This document shows, one piece after another, positions 24,860 through 32,000 of a stretch of DNA of 32,000 nucleotides. Positions within the stretch are counted from its first letter, which is position 1, and each line of letters opens with the position of its first letter. Where the stretch lies: the NCBI RefSeq assembly GCF_000940845.1, contig NZ_CP010341.1:270001-302000 (forward strand), in the 5' to 3' direction. Below the pieces are notes generated by a model that did not search any database, had not been told where the DNA came from, and saw nothing but the letters and a program-made list of their open reading frames with translations. Both the position numbers and the translations under genes were made by a program. The stretch comes from Propionibacterium freudenreichii subsp. freudenreichii. GTDB taxonomy: Bacteria > Actinomycetota > Actinomycetes > Propionibacteriales > Propionibacteriaceae.

Positions 24860-26148
24860 CGCCCATGAAGGCCGACCTTGGCCTCACCTCGGTCACCGAG
24901 GGATTCGTGGTCTCGATCCTGGTGGTCGGGGCGGCCTTCGGGGCGATCATCGAGGGCGGCGTGTCCAACCGCCTGGGCCGGCGGCGCAGCATCCAGATGC
25001 TGGCCCTGATCTTCATGATCGGCACCACCGGGTGCGTCCTGGCACCCACCTGGCAGGTGCTGGGCATCTTCCGCTTCATCCTGGGACTGGCCGTCGGCGG
25101 GGCGTCCGCCGTGGTGCCGGTCTACCTGGCTGAGATCGCGCCGGTGGAACGTCGCGGCAGCCTCGTCACGCGCAATGAGCTCATGATCGTCAGTGGCCAG
25201 GTCTCGGCGTTCATCATCAACGCGATCATCTACCAGTACTGGGGCGACCACCTGTCGGTGTGGCGCTACATGTTGCTGGTGGCGCTGCTGCCGGCGATCG
25301 GGTTGTTCTTCGGGATGCTGAAGGTGCCCGAGAGTCCCCGCTGGCTCATGTCGAAGGGACGCGAGGACGATGCGCTGGCAGTGCTGAAGCTGATCCGCGC
25401 GCCCGAACGGGCGGAGGCGGAGCTCGTGGAGATGCGCTGCCTGGTCAGCGCCGATCAGAAGGCCGAGTCGGCGAGCTGGTCGGATCTGCGCACGCCGTGG
25501 ATCCGGCGCATCGTGTTCATCGGAATCGGCATCGGCATGTTCTCGCAGTTCAGCGGCATCAACGCGATCATGTACTACGGCACGCAGCTGTTGAGCAACA
25601 CCGGGTTCTCAGCCGACACGGCCATCATGGCGAACACCCTCAACGGGTTGGCGTCGATGATGGGCGTGACGGTGGCGGTGATCATCATGAACCGCATCAA
25701 CCGGCGCACGATGGTGATCACCGGCTTCTGCCTCACCACCACCTTCCATGTGCTGGTCGGCATCTGTGCCCTGGCCATCCCCGACGGGGTGGCGGCGAAG
25801 CCGGTCGTGATCCTGGTGCTGGTGATGTGCTTCGTGTTCTCGATGCAGGCCCTCATCGGACCCCTCACCTGGCTGCTCCTGTCGGAGATCTTCCCCCTGC
25901 GGGTGCGCTCGTTCGCGATGGGCGTCTCGGTGTTCATGCTGTGGGTGGCGAATTCGATCGTCGCCTTCGCCTTCCCGCCGCTCGTCGAGGGCGTGGGCGT
26001 GTCCACCACGTTCTTCATCTTCGCCGGGCTGGGGGTGCTGGCGATCATCTTCATGGTGCGCATGGTGCCCGAGACGCGCAACAAGACGCTCGAGCACTTC
26101 GAGGAGGAGATGCGCCAGCACGGTGAGCCGACAGCTGCTGGTTCGTGA
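24685..26148 (+). CDS. MFS sugar-porter transporter (inositol/sugar:H+ symporter-like)
   Basis: ATG 24685 after GAAAGGAG (24673-24680). Motifs GGLLFGYDTGV, GRRRS, PESPRWLMSKGR and PETRNKTLE. 12-TM pattern. Confidence 0.8.
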   Translation: MSNAVRDAGGTKPASQQENQLPPFTVGPHSKRLGIIAVIATFGGLLFGYDTGVVNGALTPMKADLGLTSVTEGFVVSILVVGAAFGAIIEGGVSNRLGRRRSIQMLALIFMIGTTGCVLAPTWQVLGIFRFILGLAVGGASAVVPVYLAEIAPVERRGSLVTRNELMIVSGQVSAFIINAIIYQYWGDHLSVWRYMLLVALLPAIGLFFGMLKVPESPRWLMSKGREDDALAVLKLIRAPERAEAELVEMRCLVSADQKAESASWSDLRTPWIRRIVFIGIGIGMFSQFSGINAIMYYGTQLLSNTGFSADTAIMANTLNGLASMMGVTVAVIIMNRINRRTMVITGFCLTTTFHVLVGICALAIPDGVAAKPVVILVLVMCFVFSMQALIGPLTWLLLSEIFPLRVRSFAMGVSVFMLWVANSIVAFAFPPLVEGVGVSTTFFIFAGLGVLAIIFMVRMVPETRNKTLEHFEEEMRQHGEPTAAGS

Positions 26149-26241
26149 TGCCGCAGGCTGTCGGGAGCGTGTGGTGGGTGGCCTGATGCGCCGTCAGCTC
26201 GTTTGCGCCGGCTGACGGTCCCCCCGGACCCCCGTCACATG

Positions 26242-26277
26242 GGGTGGCCCGTCCCTTCGGGGGCGGGTCACCCTTTT
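26242..26277 (+). terminator. Rho-independent terminator after the sugar transporter
   Basis: GGGTGGCCCGTCCC-TTCG-GGGGCGGGTCACCC: 14-bp stem (two G.U pairs), UUCG tetraloop, followed by TTTT (26274-26277). Confidence 0.75.
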
Positions 26278-26337
26278 CATGTCAGGCGCCGTCATGTCAG
26301 GCGCCGTCACGTGCGTCGCCGTCATGTCCGACGGCGG
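26278..26337 (+). repeat. 15-bp tandem repeat x4 at the edge of the argS-like fragment
   Basis: CATGTCAGGCGCCGT, CATGTCAGGCGCCGT, CACGTGCGTCGCCGT, CATGTCCGACGGCGG. The fourth unit is the start of the argS 3'-end homology. Confidence 0.8.
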
Positions 26338-26452
26338 TGTGCGCACCTCTCGGTCGGCGCCGTGCGCCACCACCAGGCGTGTGCCGGCCACCGGTCCCGG
26401 GTGGTGGGGAATTGCGGAGCCCGCACGGACGCGAACCGGCAGCGCTGGCCGG
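26327..26452 (+). pseudogene. degenerate duplicate of the argS 3' end (gene fragment)
   Basis: Aligns without gaps to 21231-21356 (last 108 nt of argS plus 18 nt downstream). The first 70 nt differ at 5 positions, all A/T-to-G/C transitions. Overall about 108/126 identical. In the argS frame the Leu codons have become Ser/Pro and the TGA has become CGA. Confidence 0.8.
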
Positions 26453-26577
26453 CACCCACGGGGCGACGCCTGCGGAAGCGGGGCACTGCGCATCTCCTGA
26501 TGATTGGTTGACGGTGGATGGAGCGATCGTATCGGCCGGGGGAGGGTCCGGGGTGGGCAACGGGCAACGCGGGCCGC

Positions 26578-27483
26578 TCAGCGCGGCACCACCATCGGCG
26601 TGCCGGTGATCGGATCGTCCATCACCAGGGCGTCCACGTCGAACACCTCACGCATGGTCTGCTCGGTCACCACCTCGCGCGGGGTGCCCTCGGCCACGAT
26701 CCGGCCCTGCTTCATCGCGATCAGGTGGGTGGCATAACGGGCCGCCTGGTTGAGGTCGTGCAGCACCGCCACGATCGTGGTGCCCTGCCGGTTGAGCGCC
26801 GCGAACAGGTTCAACAGGCCGTACTGGTGCGAGATGTCCAGGTAGGTGGTCGGCTCGTCGAGCAGCAGGATCGGCGTCTGCTGGGCCAGCGCCATCGCCG
26901 TCCACACCCGCTGGCGCTGCCCGCCCGACAGCTGGTCCACCGGCGCATTGCGCAGGTCGGAGACGCCGGTCACCTCCATCGCATCGTTGACGGCCATCTC
27001 GTCGTCGTGGCTCCACTGGCGGATCAGGCCCTGGTGTGGGTAGCGTCCCCGCGCCACCAGGTCGGCCACGGTGATGCCCTCGGGCGCCGTCGACGACTGG
27101 GGCAGCAGCCCGACGATGCGGGCCACCTCCTTGGTGCGATAGGTGCTGATGGCCTTGCCGTCGAGCACCACCTCGCCGCCCCGGGGCTTGAGCAGCCGTG
27201 ACAGTCCGCGCAGCAGCGTCGACTTGCCGCAGGCATTCGGCCCGATGATCACGGTGAACGATCCGGGCGGAATGTGCACGGTGAGGTCGTCGGACACCAC
27301 CCGGTCGCCATAGGCGAGCTTCACGTGTTCGGCGCCGAGCCGGCTGACGAGGGCCGTGCCGGCCTCGTGGGTACCAGCGCTGTGCGCATCGGCCCCGTGT
27401 GTACCAGCGCTGTCTGCCCCGGCATCGTGCGGGACGTCGCGGCCGGCCGTGGTGGGGGAGTCGGGGGTGGACTTGATGGTCAC
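26578..27483 (-). CDS. ABC transporter ATP-binding protein (iron-siderophore/FepC-FecE type)
   Basis: Walker A GPNACGKST, signature LSGGQRQRV, Walker B ILLLDEPT. The GTG start overlaps the upstream stop (GTGA at 27480-27483). It has a ~45-aa N-terminal low-complexity extension. Confidence 0.85.
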   Translation of the reverse strand: MTIKSTPDSPTTAGRDVPHDAGADSAGTHGADAHSAGTHEAGTALVSRLGAEHVKLAYGDRVVSDDLTVHIPPGSFTVIIGPNACGKSTLLRGLSRLLKPRGGEVVLDGKAISTYRTKEVARIVGLLPQSSTAPEGITVADLVARGRYPHQGLIRQWSHDDEMAVNDAMEVTGVSDLRNAPVDQLSGGQRQRVWTAMALAQQTPILLLDEPTTYLDISHQYGLLNLFAALNRQGTTIVAVLHDLNQAARYATHLIAMKQGRIVAEGTPREVVTEQTMREVFDVDALVMDDPITGTPMVVPR

Positions 27484-28550
27484 AGTGAGCGAGCCTCTCT
27501 GAACAGCAGGGCCAACAGATAGGCCCCACCGATGACGATGGTGACGATTCCCACCGGAATCGGGTTGGTGGTGAGGTGCTGGGCCACCACGTCGGCGCCG
27601 ACCAGCAGCAGCGCCCCGGTGAACGCCGAGGTGAGCAGCGGGATTCCCGCTGAACGGGCGAGCCGACGCGCCACCTGCGGGGCCGACAGCGAGATGAAGG
27701 CGATCGGCCCGACGGCCGCGGTGACCACGGCCACCAGCCCGACGCCCACCACCAGGATCGCCAGCCGTGAGCTCTCCACCCGCGTGCCATGGGCCAGCGC
27801 CGTGTCATTGCCCAGCTCGAGCTGGCGCAGCGGCCGGGCCAGCAGCACCGTGCAGGCGACCAGCAGCGCGGCGGCCGGCAGCGCGAAGGTCAGCTTCGCC
27901 CAACTCACCAGCGACAGCGTGCCGGCACCCCAGATCGATGCGGACATCGCCACCTCGGTGCGCATCCGCAGCAGTAGGAAGGTGTTGACGGCCGTCAACA
28001 TGGCGGTGGCCGCGATGCCCACCACGATCAGCCGGAAGCCCTGCACCCCGCCCCGCCAGGCGAGCAGGTAGATCACCAGCGCCGTGACGATGCCGGCCAC
28101 CACCGCCGCCACCGAGGTGGACACGGCGCTCGTGGCGCCCAGCGTGGTGACGATCAGCACGCCGGTGTACGAACCGGTGGAGAAGCCGATCACATCGGGC
28201 GAACCCAGGGGATTGTCGGTGAGGGTCTGGAACAGCGCCCCCGACAGCCCCAGCGCGGCACCGAACACCAGGCCGGCCACCACGCGGGGGGCCCGCCACT
28301 GGGTGACCACGGTGGTGGCGAAGCCCTGGTCGCCGAACAACGCCGAGACCACCTCGGGAATCGACAGCGGATAGTCGCCCAGGCTCAACGCCAACAGCGA
28401 GATGGCCACGCAGGCCGCGCAGATGACGGCGCACGCGATGATCATCCGCCGGGGGATGCGGTGGCGCCACGGAGCCATCGTCGACATGGCGACGGACGGA
28501 CGCATCGCGGTCGGCTCCGGGGCACGTCCGGTCGTGCTCGTGTCACTCAC
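27480..28550 (-). CDS. FecCD-family ABC permease (second of two)
   Basis: 357 aa from GTG at complement 28550-28548, which overlaps the upstream TGA (GTGA). Typical FecCD hydrophobic pattern. The upstream part of the 570-aa track ORF overlaps the neighbouring permease out of frame. Confidence 0.8.
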   Translation of the reverse strand: MSDTSTTGRAPEPTAMRPSVAMSTMAPWRHRIPRRMIIACAVICAACVAISLLALSLGDYPLSIPEVVSALFGDQGFATTVVTQWRAPRVVAGLVFGAALGLSGALFQTLTDNPLGSPDVIGFSTGSYTGVLIVTTLGATSAVSTSVAAVVAGIVTALVIYLLAWRGGVQGFRLIVVGIAATAMLTAVNTFLLLRMRTEVAMSASIWGAGTLSLVSWAKLTFALPAAALLVACTVLLARPLRQLELGNDTALAHGTRVESSRLAILVVGVGLVAVVTAAVGPIAFISLSAPQVARRLARSAGIPLLTSAFTGALLLVGADVVAQHLTTNPIPVGIVTIVIGGAYLLALLFREARSL

Positions 28551-29605
28551 AGCTTGCCCGCCTTCGTGCGGCGCACCAGGTAGATCAGCACCGGACCCCC
28601 GATGAATGCGGTGACGATGCTCACGGCCACCTCCCCGGGACGCAGGATGATGCGTCCCACGACGTCGGCGGCCAGCACCAGCACCGGCGCCCAGACCACG
28701 CACAGCGCCATGATCCAGCCCTGCCGCGGTCCGCTGATCCACCGCGCCACGTGGGGCACCATCAACCCCACGAACACGATCGGACCCACCATGGCGGTGG
28801 CGCCGCCGGCCAGCAGGGTGATGGCGGCGAGCGCGAGCAGGCGCGCCCGGTTGACGTTGGTGCCCAGTGCCCGGGCCAGGTCGTCGCTCAGGGCGATGGC
28901 GTCCAGCGAGCGTCCCAGTAGCGCGGCGATCACGAGTCCCGCGGCCAGGAAGGGCAGTGTGGGCACGATCACGTCCCAGCCCCGGTCGGCGAACGAGCCG
29001 GCCTGCCAGGCCTGGATCACCGAGAACCTGCGGTCGTCGGCCAGCCGCATCGCCGAGGTGATGCCGCTGAGCACCGCCCCCAGGGCCATGCCGGCCAGTG
29101 TGATGCGCGCCGGACTCACCGAGCCGCTTCCCGACGCGCCGATCAGGTAGACCACCACGGTGGCCACCAGGGCGCCGGCGAAGGCGAACCACAGGTACTG
29201 GCCCGGTGAGCTGGCCCCGAACAGGCCCACGCCCAGGGCAATGGCGAAGGCCGACCCGGAGTTGACGCCCAGGATGCCCGGATCGGCTAGCGGATTGCGG
29301 GTGACGGCCTGGATGAGCGCTCCGGCCACGCCCAGCGCGGCGCCGGCCAGCAGGCCCAGCACCGTGCGCGGCAGGCGCAATGTGGTGATGATGCGGGCCG
29401 CCTCGGAATCATGGGCGCCGGTGAGTGCCTGCCAGACGGTCTGCAGCGGCACCGTGGCCGATCCGACGGCCAGGCTGGCGGCGCAGGCCGCCACCAACAG
29501 GGCGATGCCGACCACCAGTCCGATGAGGCGACGCCGGGTGGCGTCGGGTGCATGCGGTGACGACAACTCGGCGGTGCGCGCAGGGGCGGACGAGTTGGGG
29601 GTCAC
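28547..29605 (-). CDS. FecCD-family ABC permease (first of two)
   Basis: 352 aa, about 9-10 TM. The LRLPRT.LG...GA.LG..GA..Q...RNPLA.P..LG motif is typical of FecCD/FhuB-type permeases. GTG start at complement 29605-29603. Confidence 0.8.
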   Translation of the reverse strand: MTPNSSAPARTAELSSPHAPDATRRRLIGLVVGIALLVAACAASLAVGSATVPLQTVWQALTGAHDSEAARIITTLRLPRTVLGLLAGAALGVAGALIQAVTRNPLADPGILGVNSGSAFAIALGVGLFGASSPGQYLWFAFAGALVATVVVYLIGASGSGSVSPARITLAGMALGAVLSGITSAMRLADDRRFSVIQAWQAGSFADRGWDVIVPTLPFLAAGLVIAALLGRSLDAIALSDDLARALGTNVNRARLLALAAITLLAGGATAMVGPIVFVGLMVPHVARWISGPRQGWIMALCVVWAPVLVLAADVVGRIILRPGEVAVSIVTAFIGGPVLIYLVRRTKAGKL

Positions 29606-29635
29606 GGTGTGAAAGTCTAGAACAGCTCACGTTTG

Positions 29636-29654
29636 TAAGCTAAGCCTTACCTAA
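29636..29654. promoter_or_regulatory. DtxR/IdeR-like iron box in the divergent promoter region
   Basis: TAAGCTAAGCCTTACCTAA matches the 19-bp consensus TTAGGTTAGCCTAACCTAA at 15/19 positions. It sits 31 nt upstream of the permease start and 199 nt upstream of the binding-protein start. Confidence 0.5.
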
Positions 29655-29852
29655 TCTAGGCTGAGCGCGCCCCCTGATGATGCTGTGCAAACACCCCACA
29701 CCACCATCCATCGATTCCAGAACCAACAACTCCCGAGCCACCACTCCTCCACCCACCGGTGCGGCCCATCGCAGCCGCCACCCATCACGCCGCAGTCGCG
29801 TGAGGGAGCCTCCGGCGGCGGGAAGGGGCGGTGGCGTGAAGAAAGGCCCGAT

Positions 29853-30848
29853 ATGACCCTGCGTCGCGCAGTGATCGCCCTGATCGCCGCCATGTCACTA
29901 CTGCTTGCCGGGTGCTCCGGCTCGTCCTCATCGTCGAAGTCCAGCGCCAGCGCCTCGGGTGGTGCGGCCGCGGGAAGCTTCCCGCAGTCCGTCGACACCG
30001 CCTTCGGCAAGGTGACCATCGAGAAGGCCCCCCAGCGCGTCGTCGCGCTCGGCTGGGGCGACGCTGAGACCGCACTGGCGCTCGGCGTGCAGCCGGTGGG
30101 CGCGTCCGACTGGCTGAACTTCGGTGGCGAGGGCGTCGGCCCGTGGGCCAAGGGCCTGTACACCACCGCGCCGACGATCATCGGCACGATGGAGCCCAAC
30201 TACGAGCAGATCGCCAGCCTCAAGCCCGACCTGATCCTCGACGTGAAGAGCAGCGGCGACAAGGATCGCCATGATCGCCTCGCGCAGATCGCCACCACCG
30301 TCGGCATCCCCGAGGGCGGCACCAGCTACCTGACCACCATGGACCAGGAGGTGACCATGATCGCCACCGCGCTGGGCCAGCCCGCCAAGGGCAAGGAGCT
30401 GCTCGACGCGGCGGATGCCAGCTACAAGAAGGTGGCCGACGCCCATCCGCAGTGGAAGGACAAGACCGTCACCGTGGCCACGCGCACCAGCGAGGGTTGG
30501 GGCGCCTACATCGAGGGCGACACCCGCCTGGCCTCGCTGGAGAAGCTGGGATTCAAGCAGAATCCGACCATCGCCTCGATGACGCCCAGCAGCTCGGGAT
30601 TCTCGGTGAGCGTGTCCAGTGAGCAGCTGTCGGCGTTCAATGCCGACCTGATCGTGGCCTTCCCGATCTACATCGACACCACCCAGATCACCGACGATGC
30701 GCAGTGGAAGCAGCTGTCCACCGTGCAGGCCGGCCATGACGCGGTGATCGACGGCGACCTGTCCAGTTCCTTCGCGGTGGGTTCCCCGTTGGCCGTGAAC
30801 TACATGCTCGACAACATGGTGCCGAAGCTCGAGAAGGCCACGGCCTGA
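29853..30848 (+). CDS. ABC substrate-binding lipoprotein (siderophore/FhuD-FepB-like)
   Basis: MTLRRAVIALIAAMSLLLAGCSGSSSS: signal peptide with an LAGC lipobox. Mature part has RVVALGWGDAETALALGV.PVG, typical of the PBP cluster A/iron-siderophore type. The upstream part of the track ORF (29685-29852) is CA-rich leader. Confidence 0.8.
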   Translation: MTLRRAVIALIAAMSLLLAGCSGSSSSSKSSASASGGAAAGSFPQSVDTAFGKVTIEKAPQRVVALGWGDAETALALGVQPVGASDWLNFGGEGVGPWAKGLYTTAPTIIGTMEPNYEQIASLKPDLILDVKSSGDKDRHDRLAQIATTVGIPEGGTSYLTTMDQEVTMIATALGQPAKGKELLDAADASYKKVADAHPQWKDKTVTVATRTSEGWGAYIEGDTRLASLEKLGFKQNPTIASMTPSSSGFSVSVSSEQLSAFNADLIVAFPIYIDTTQITDDAQWKQLSTVQAGHDAVIDGDLSSSFAVGSPLAVNYMLDNMVPKLEKATA

Positions 30849-30915
30849 CCCGGCGCACCAGCACCTGACCCGGTGCCGACCCTCGCGGCGGCGCGGTCGG
30901 GCGAAGAAAGCCGAA

Positions 30916-30952
30916 GGAAAGGGCGGGCACCCACTGGGTGCCCGCCCTTTCC
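30916..30952. terminator. bidirectional hairpin terminator between the binding-protein gene and ppgK
   Basis: GGAAAGGGCGGGCACCC-ACT-GGGTGCCCGCCCTTTCC: perfect 17-bp stem. T-rich on the plus side (CCTTTCCTTGTG) and A-rich upstream, giving a T-rich tail for the minus strand. Confidence 0.75.
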
Positions 30953-31018
30953 TTGTGCGAGGTTGACGCGCGTGATCGATGGCGCGTGATTGCGCGTGGC
31001 TGGTCGGTTACCGCGCCG

Positions 31019-31822
31019 CTAGGCCGGCACCGACGCGATGCGCTGTGCGCCGGGCGGCACGTCGGCACCGACGCGCAACGACGCGGCCAGCGCGGCCCCG
31101 ATCGTGCCGGCGCCATTGCGCAGGCTGGCCGGAACGATCGGCGTCTGCAGGTTGAGCAGCGGCAGGAACCGCTTGTACTCACGGCTCACCCCGCCGCCCA
31201 CGATGAACAGGTCGGGCCACAGCAGCTTCTCCAGGGTGGAGTAATAGCGCTGCAGGTGCTTGGCCCATTTCTTGTAGCTGATGTGCTCGCGTTCCATGTA
31301 CGACGACGCCGCGCGGCTCTCGGCATCGCGGCCATTGATCTCGATGTGCCCGAACTCGGTGTTGGGCACCAGGCGTCCGTCATGGAACAGGGCGGTACCC
31401 ACGCCGGTACCCAACGTGGTCAGCACCACGGTGCCCTGCTTGCCACGGCCTGCGCCGTACTGCATCTCGGCCACCCCGGCGGCGTCGGCGTCGTTGACCA
31501 GCACCACCTCACGGCCGAGCTTCTCGGAGAGATAGGCGTCCGCGTCCAGGCCCACCCACGACTGGTCGAGGTTGGCCATGAAGGGCGTCACGCCGTGGAG
31601 CACCGGCGCCGGCACGGCGACGCCGATGGGACCGTCGATCTGATCGGCGAACTGCTCGATGATCGTGGCCATGGCCCCGGCACAAGCCTCCGGAGTGGAG
31701 GGCTGGGGCGTCAATACCTTGCGTCGCGGCACGGCCAACTCTCCGGCCTGGAGGTCCACCGGGGCACCCTTGATGCCCGAGCCGCCGACATCGATTCCCA
31801 ACACATGAGTCACGCCTCTCAT
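31019..31822 (-). CDS. ppgK: ROK-family polyphosphate/ATP glucokinase
   Basis: [18 protein letters not shown]-terminal ATPase motif, [25 protein letters not shown]. The ~265-aa size is typical of actinobacterial PpgK. Confidence 0.8.
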   Translation of the reverse strand: MRGVTHVLGIDVGGSGIKGAPVDLQAGELAVPRRKVLTPQPSTPEACAGAMATIIEQFADQIDGPIGVAVPAPVLHGVTPFMANLDQSWVGLDADAYLSEKLGREVVLVNDADAAGVAEMQYGAGRGKQGTVVLTTLGTGVGTALFHDGRLVPNTEFGHIEINGRDAESRAASSYMEREHISYKKWAKHLQRYYSTLEKLLWPDLFIVGGGVSREYKRFLPLLNLQTPIVPASLRNGAGTIGAALAASLRVGADVPPGAQRIASVPA

Positions 31823-31883
31823 GGTACGAGGATGGCAACCCCGTGGGGCCCAGTTCGCCAGACCGCGTGGACGACGTCCGGCC

Positions 31884-32000
31884 TCAGCCGACCATTCCCA
31901 GCCAGCTCCAGTAGGTGAGCACCATGACGCTCATGAAGGCCGCGCCCAGCACGCTCATCACGGCACCGGTGCGGATCAGCTCGCGGGTGCTGATGAAGTC
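31884..32000 (-). CDS. 3' end (39 codons) of an integral membrane protein gene truncated by the window edge
   Basis: The reverse strand reads [41 protein letters not shown], which is hydrophobic and has GC3-rich codon usage. The family cannot be assigned. Confidence 0.35.
   Translation of the reverse strand, partial: DFISTRELIRTGAVMSVLGAAFMSVMVLTYWSWLGMVG

Noticed and set aside
27480-29192. 570-aa ORF read as a single fused permease
   Set aside because: Its first ~213 codons overlap the upstream FecCD permease in another frame and are Arg/Gly-rich noise. A GTG at 28550 overlapping the upstream TGA gives a normal 357-aa permease.

Overview
High-GC (about two-thirds G+C by eye) actinobacterial chromosomal window. 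Gene content such as polyphosphate glucokinase is compatible with Propionibacteriaceae, but that is only an inference. No searches were run: homology calls rest on motifs read from the ORF track and on reference sequences recalled from memory. Layout: (1) 300-13293 is a same-strand 12-gene cluster homologous to the E. coli carnitine cai + fix system (CaiA acyl-CoA dehydrogenase, CaiB CoA-transferase, CaiC CoA ligase, FixABCX). It has an MFS transporter where E. coli has CaiT and a double-hotdog MaoC hydratase where E. coli has crotonase CaiD. It also carries an Aes-like esterase, a second (sugar-porter type) MFS and an MBL-fold hydrolase. Four peripheral genes carry lesions (two in-frame TAG codons, two clear and one suspected 1-nt frameshift), while the redox core is intact. 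(2) 13294-15379 is a 2.1-kb stretch with no credible CDS, built from tandem and dispersed repeats. It holds a strong terminator hairpin, a head-to-head pair of perfect TTGTCCACA motifs (the high-GC DnaA-box consensus), a C-rich repeat tract, five copies of a roughly 45-nt hairpin element with an invariant AATGAC loop, and two perfect 36-bp terminator-like repeats 387 bp apart. (3) 15380-21338 holds housekeeping genes: SF2 DExH helicase, SanA/DUF218, UDP-glucose dehydrogenase with a Gly-rich repeat insertion, and ArgS. (4) 21357-26326 is a LacI-controlled inositol-type cassette (IolE-like TIM barrel, IolG-like dehydrogenase, IolT-like sugar porter). It is bracketed by a ~126-nt direct duplication of the argS 3' end. 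(5) 26578-30848 is an iron-siderophore-type ABC importer with a DtxR/IdeR-like box, followed by ppgK and a truncated membrane-protein gene. The most unusual items are the rebuilt, partly decayed cai/fix-like cluster, the hairpin-repeat region, and the argS-end duplication flanking the iol cassette.
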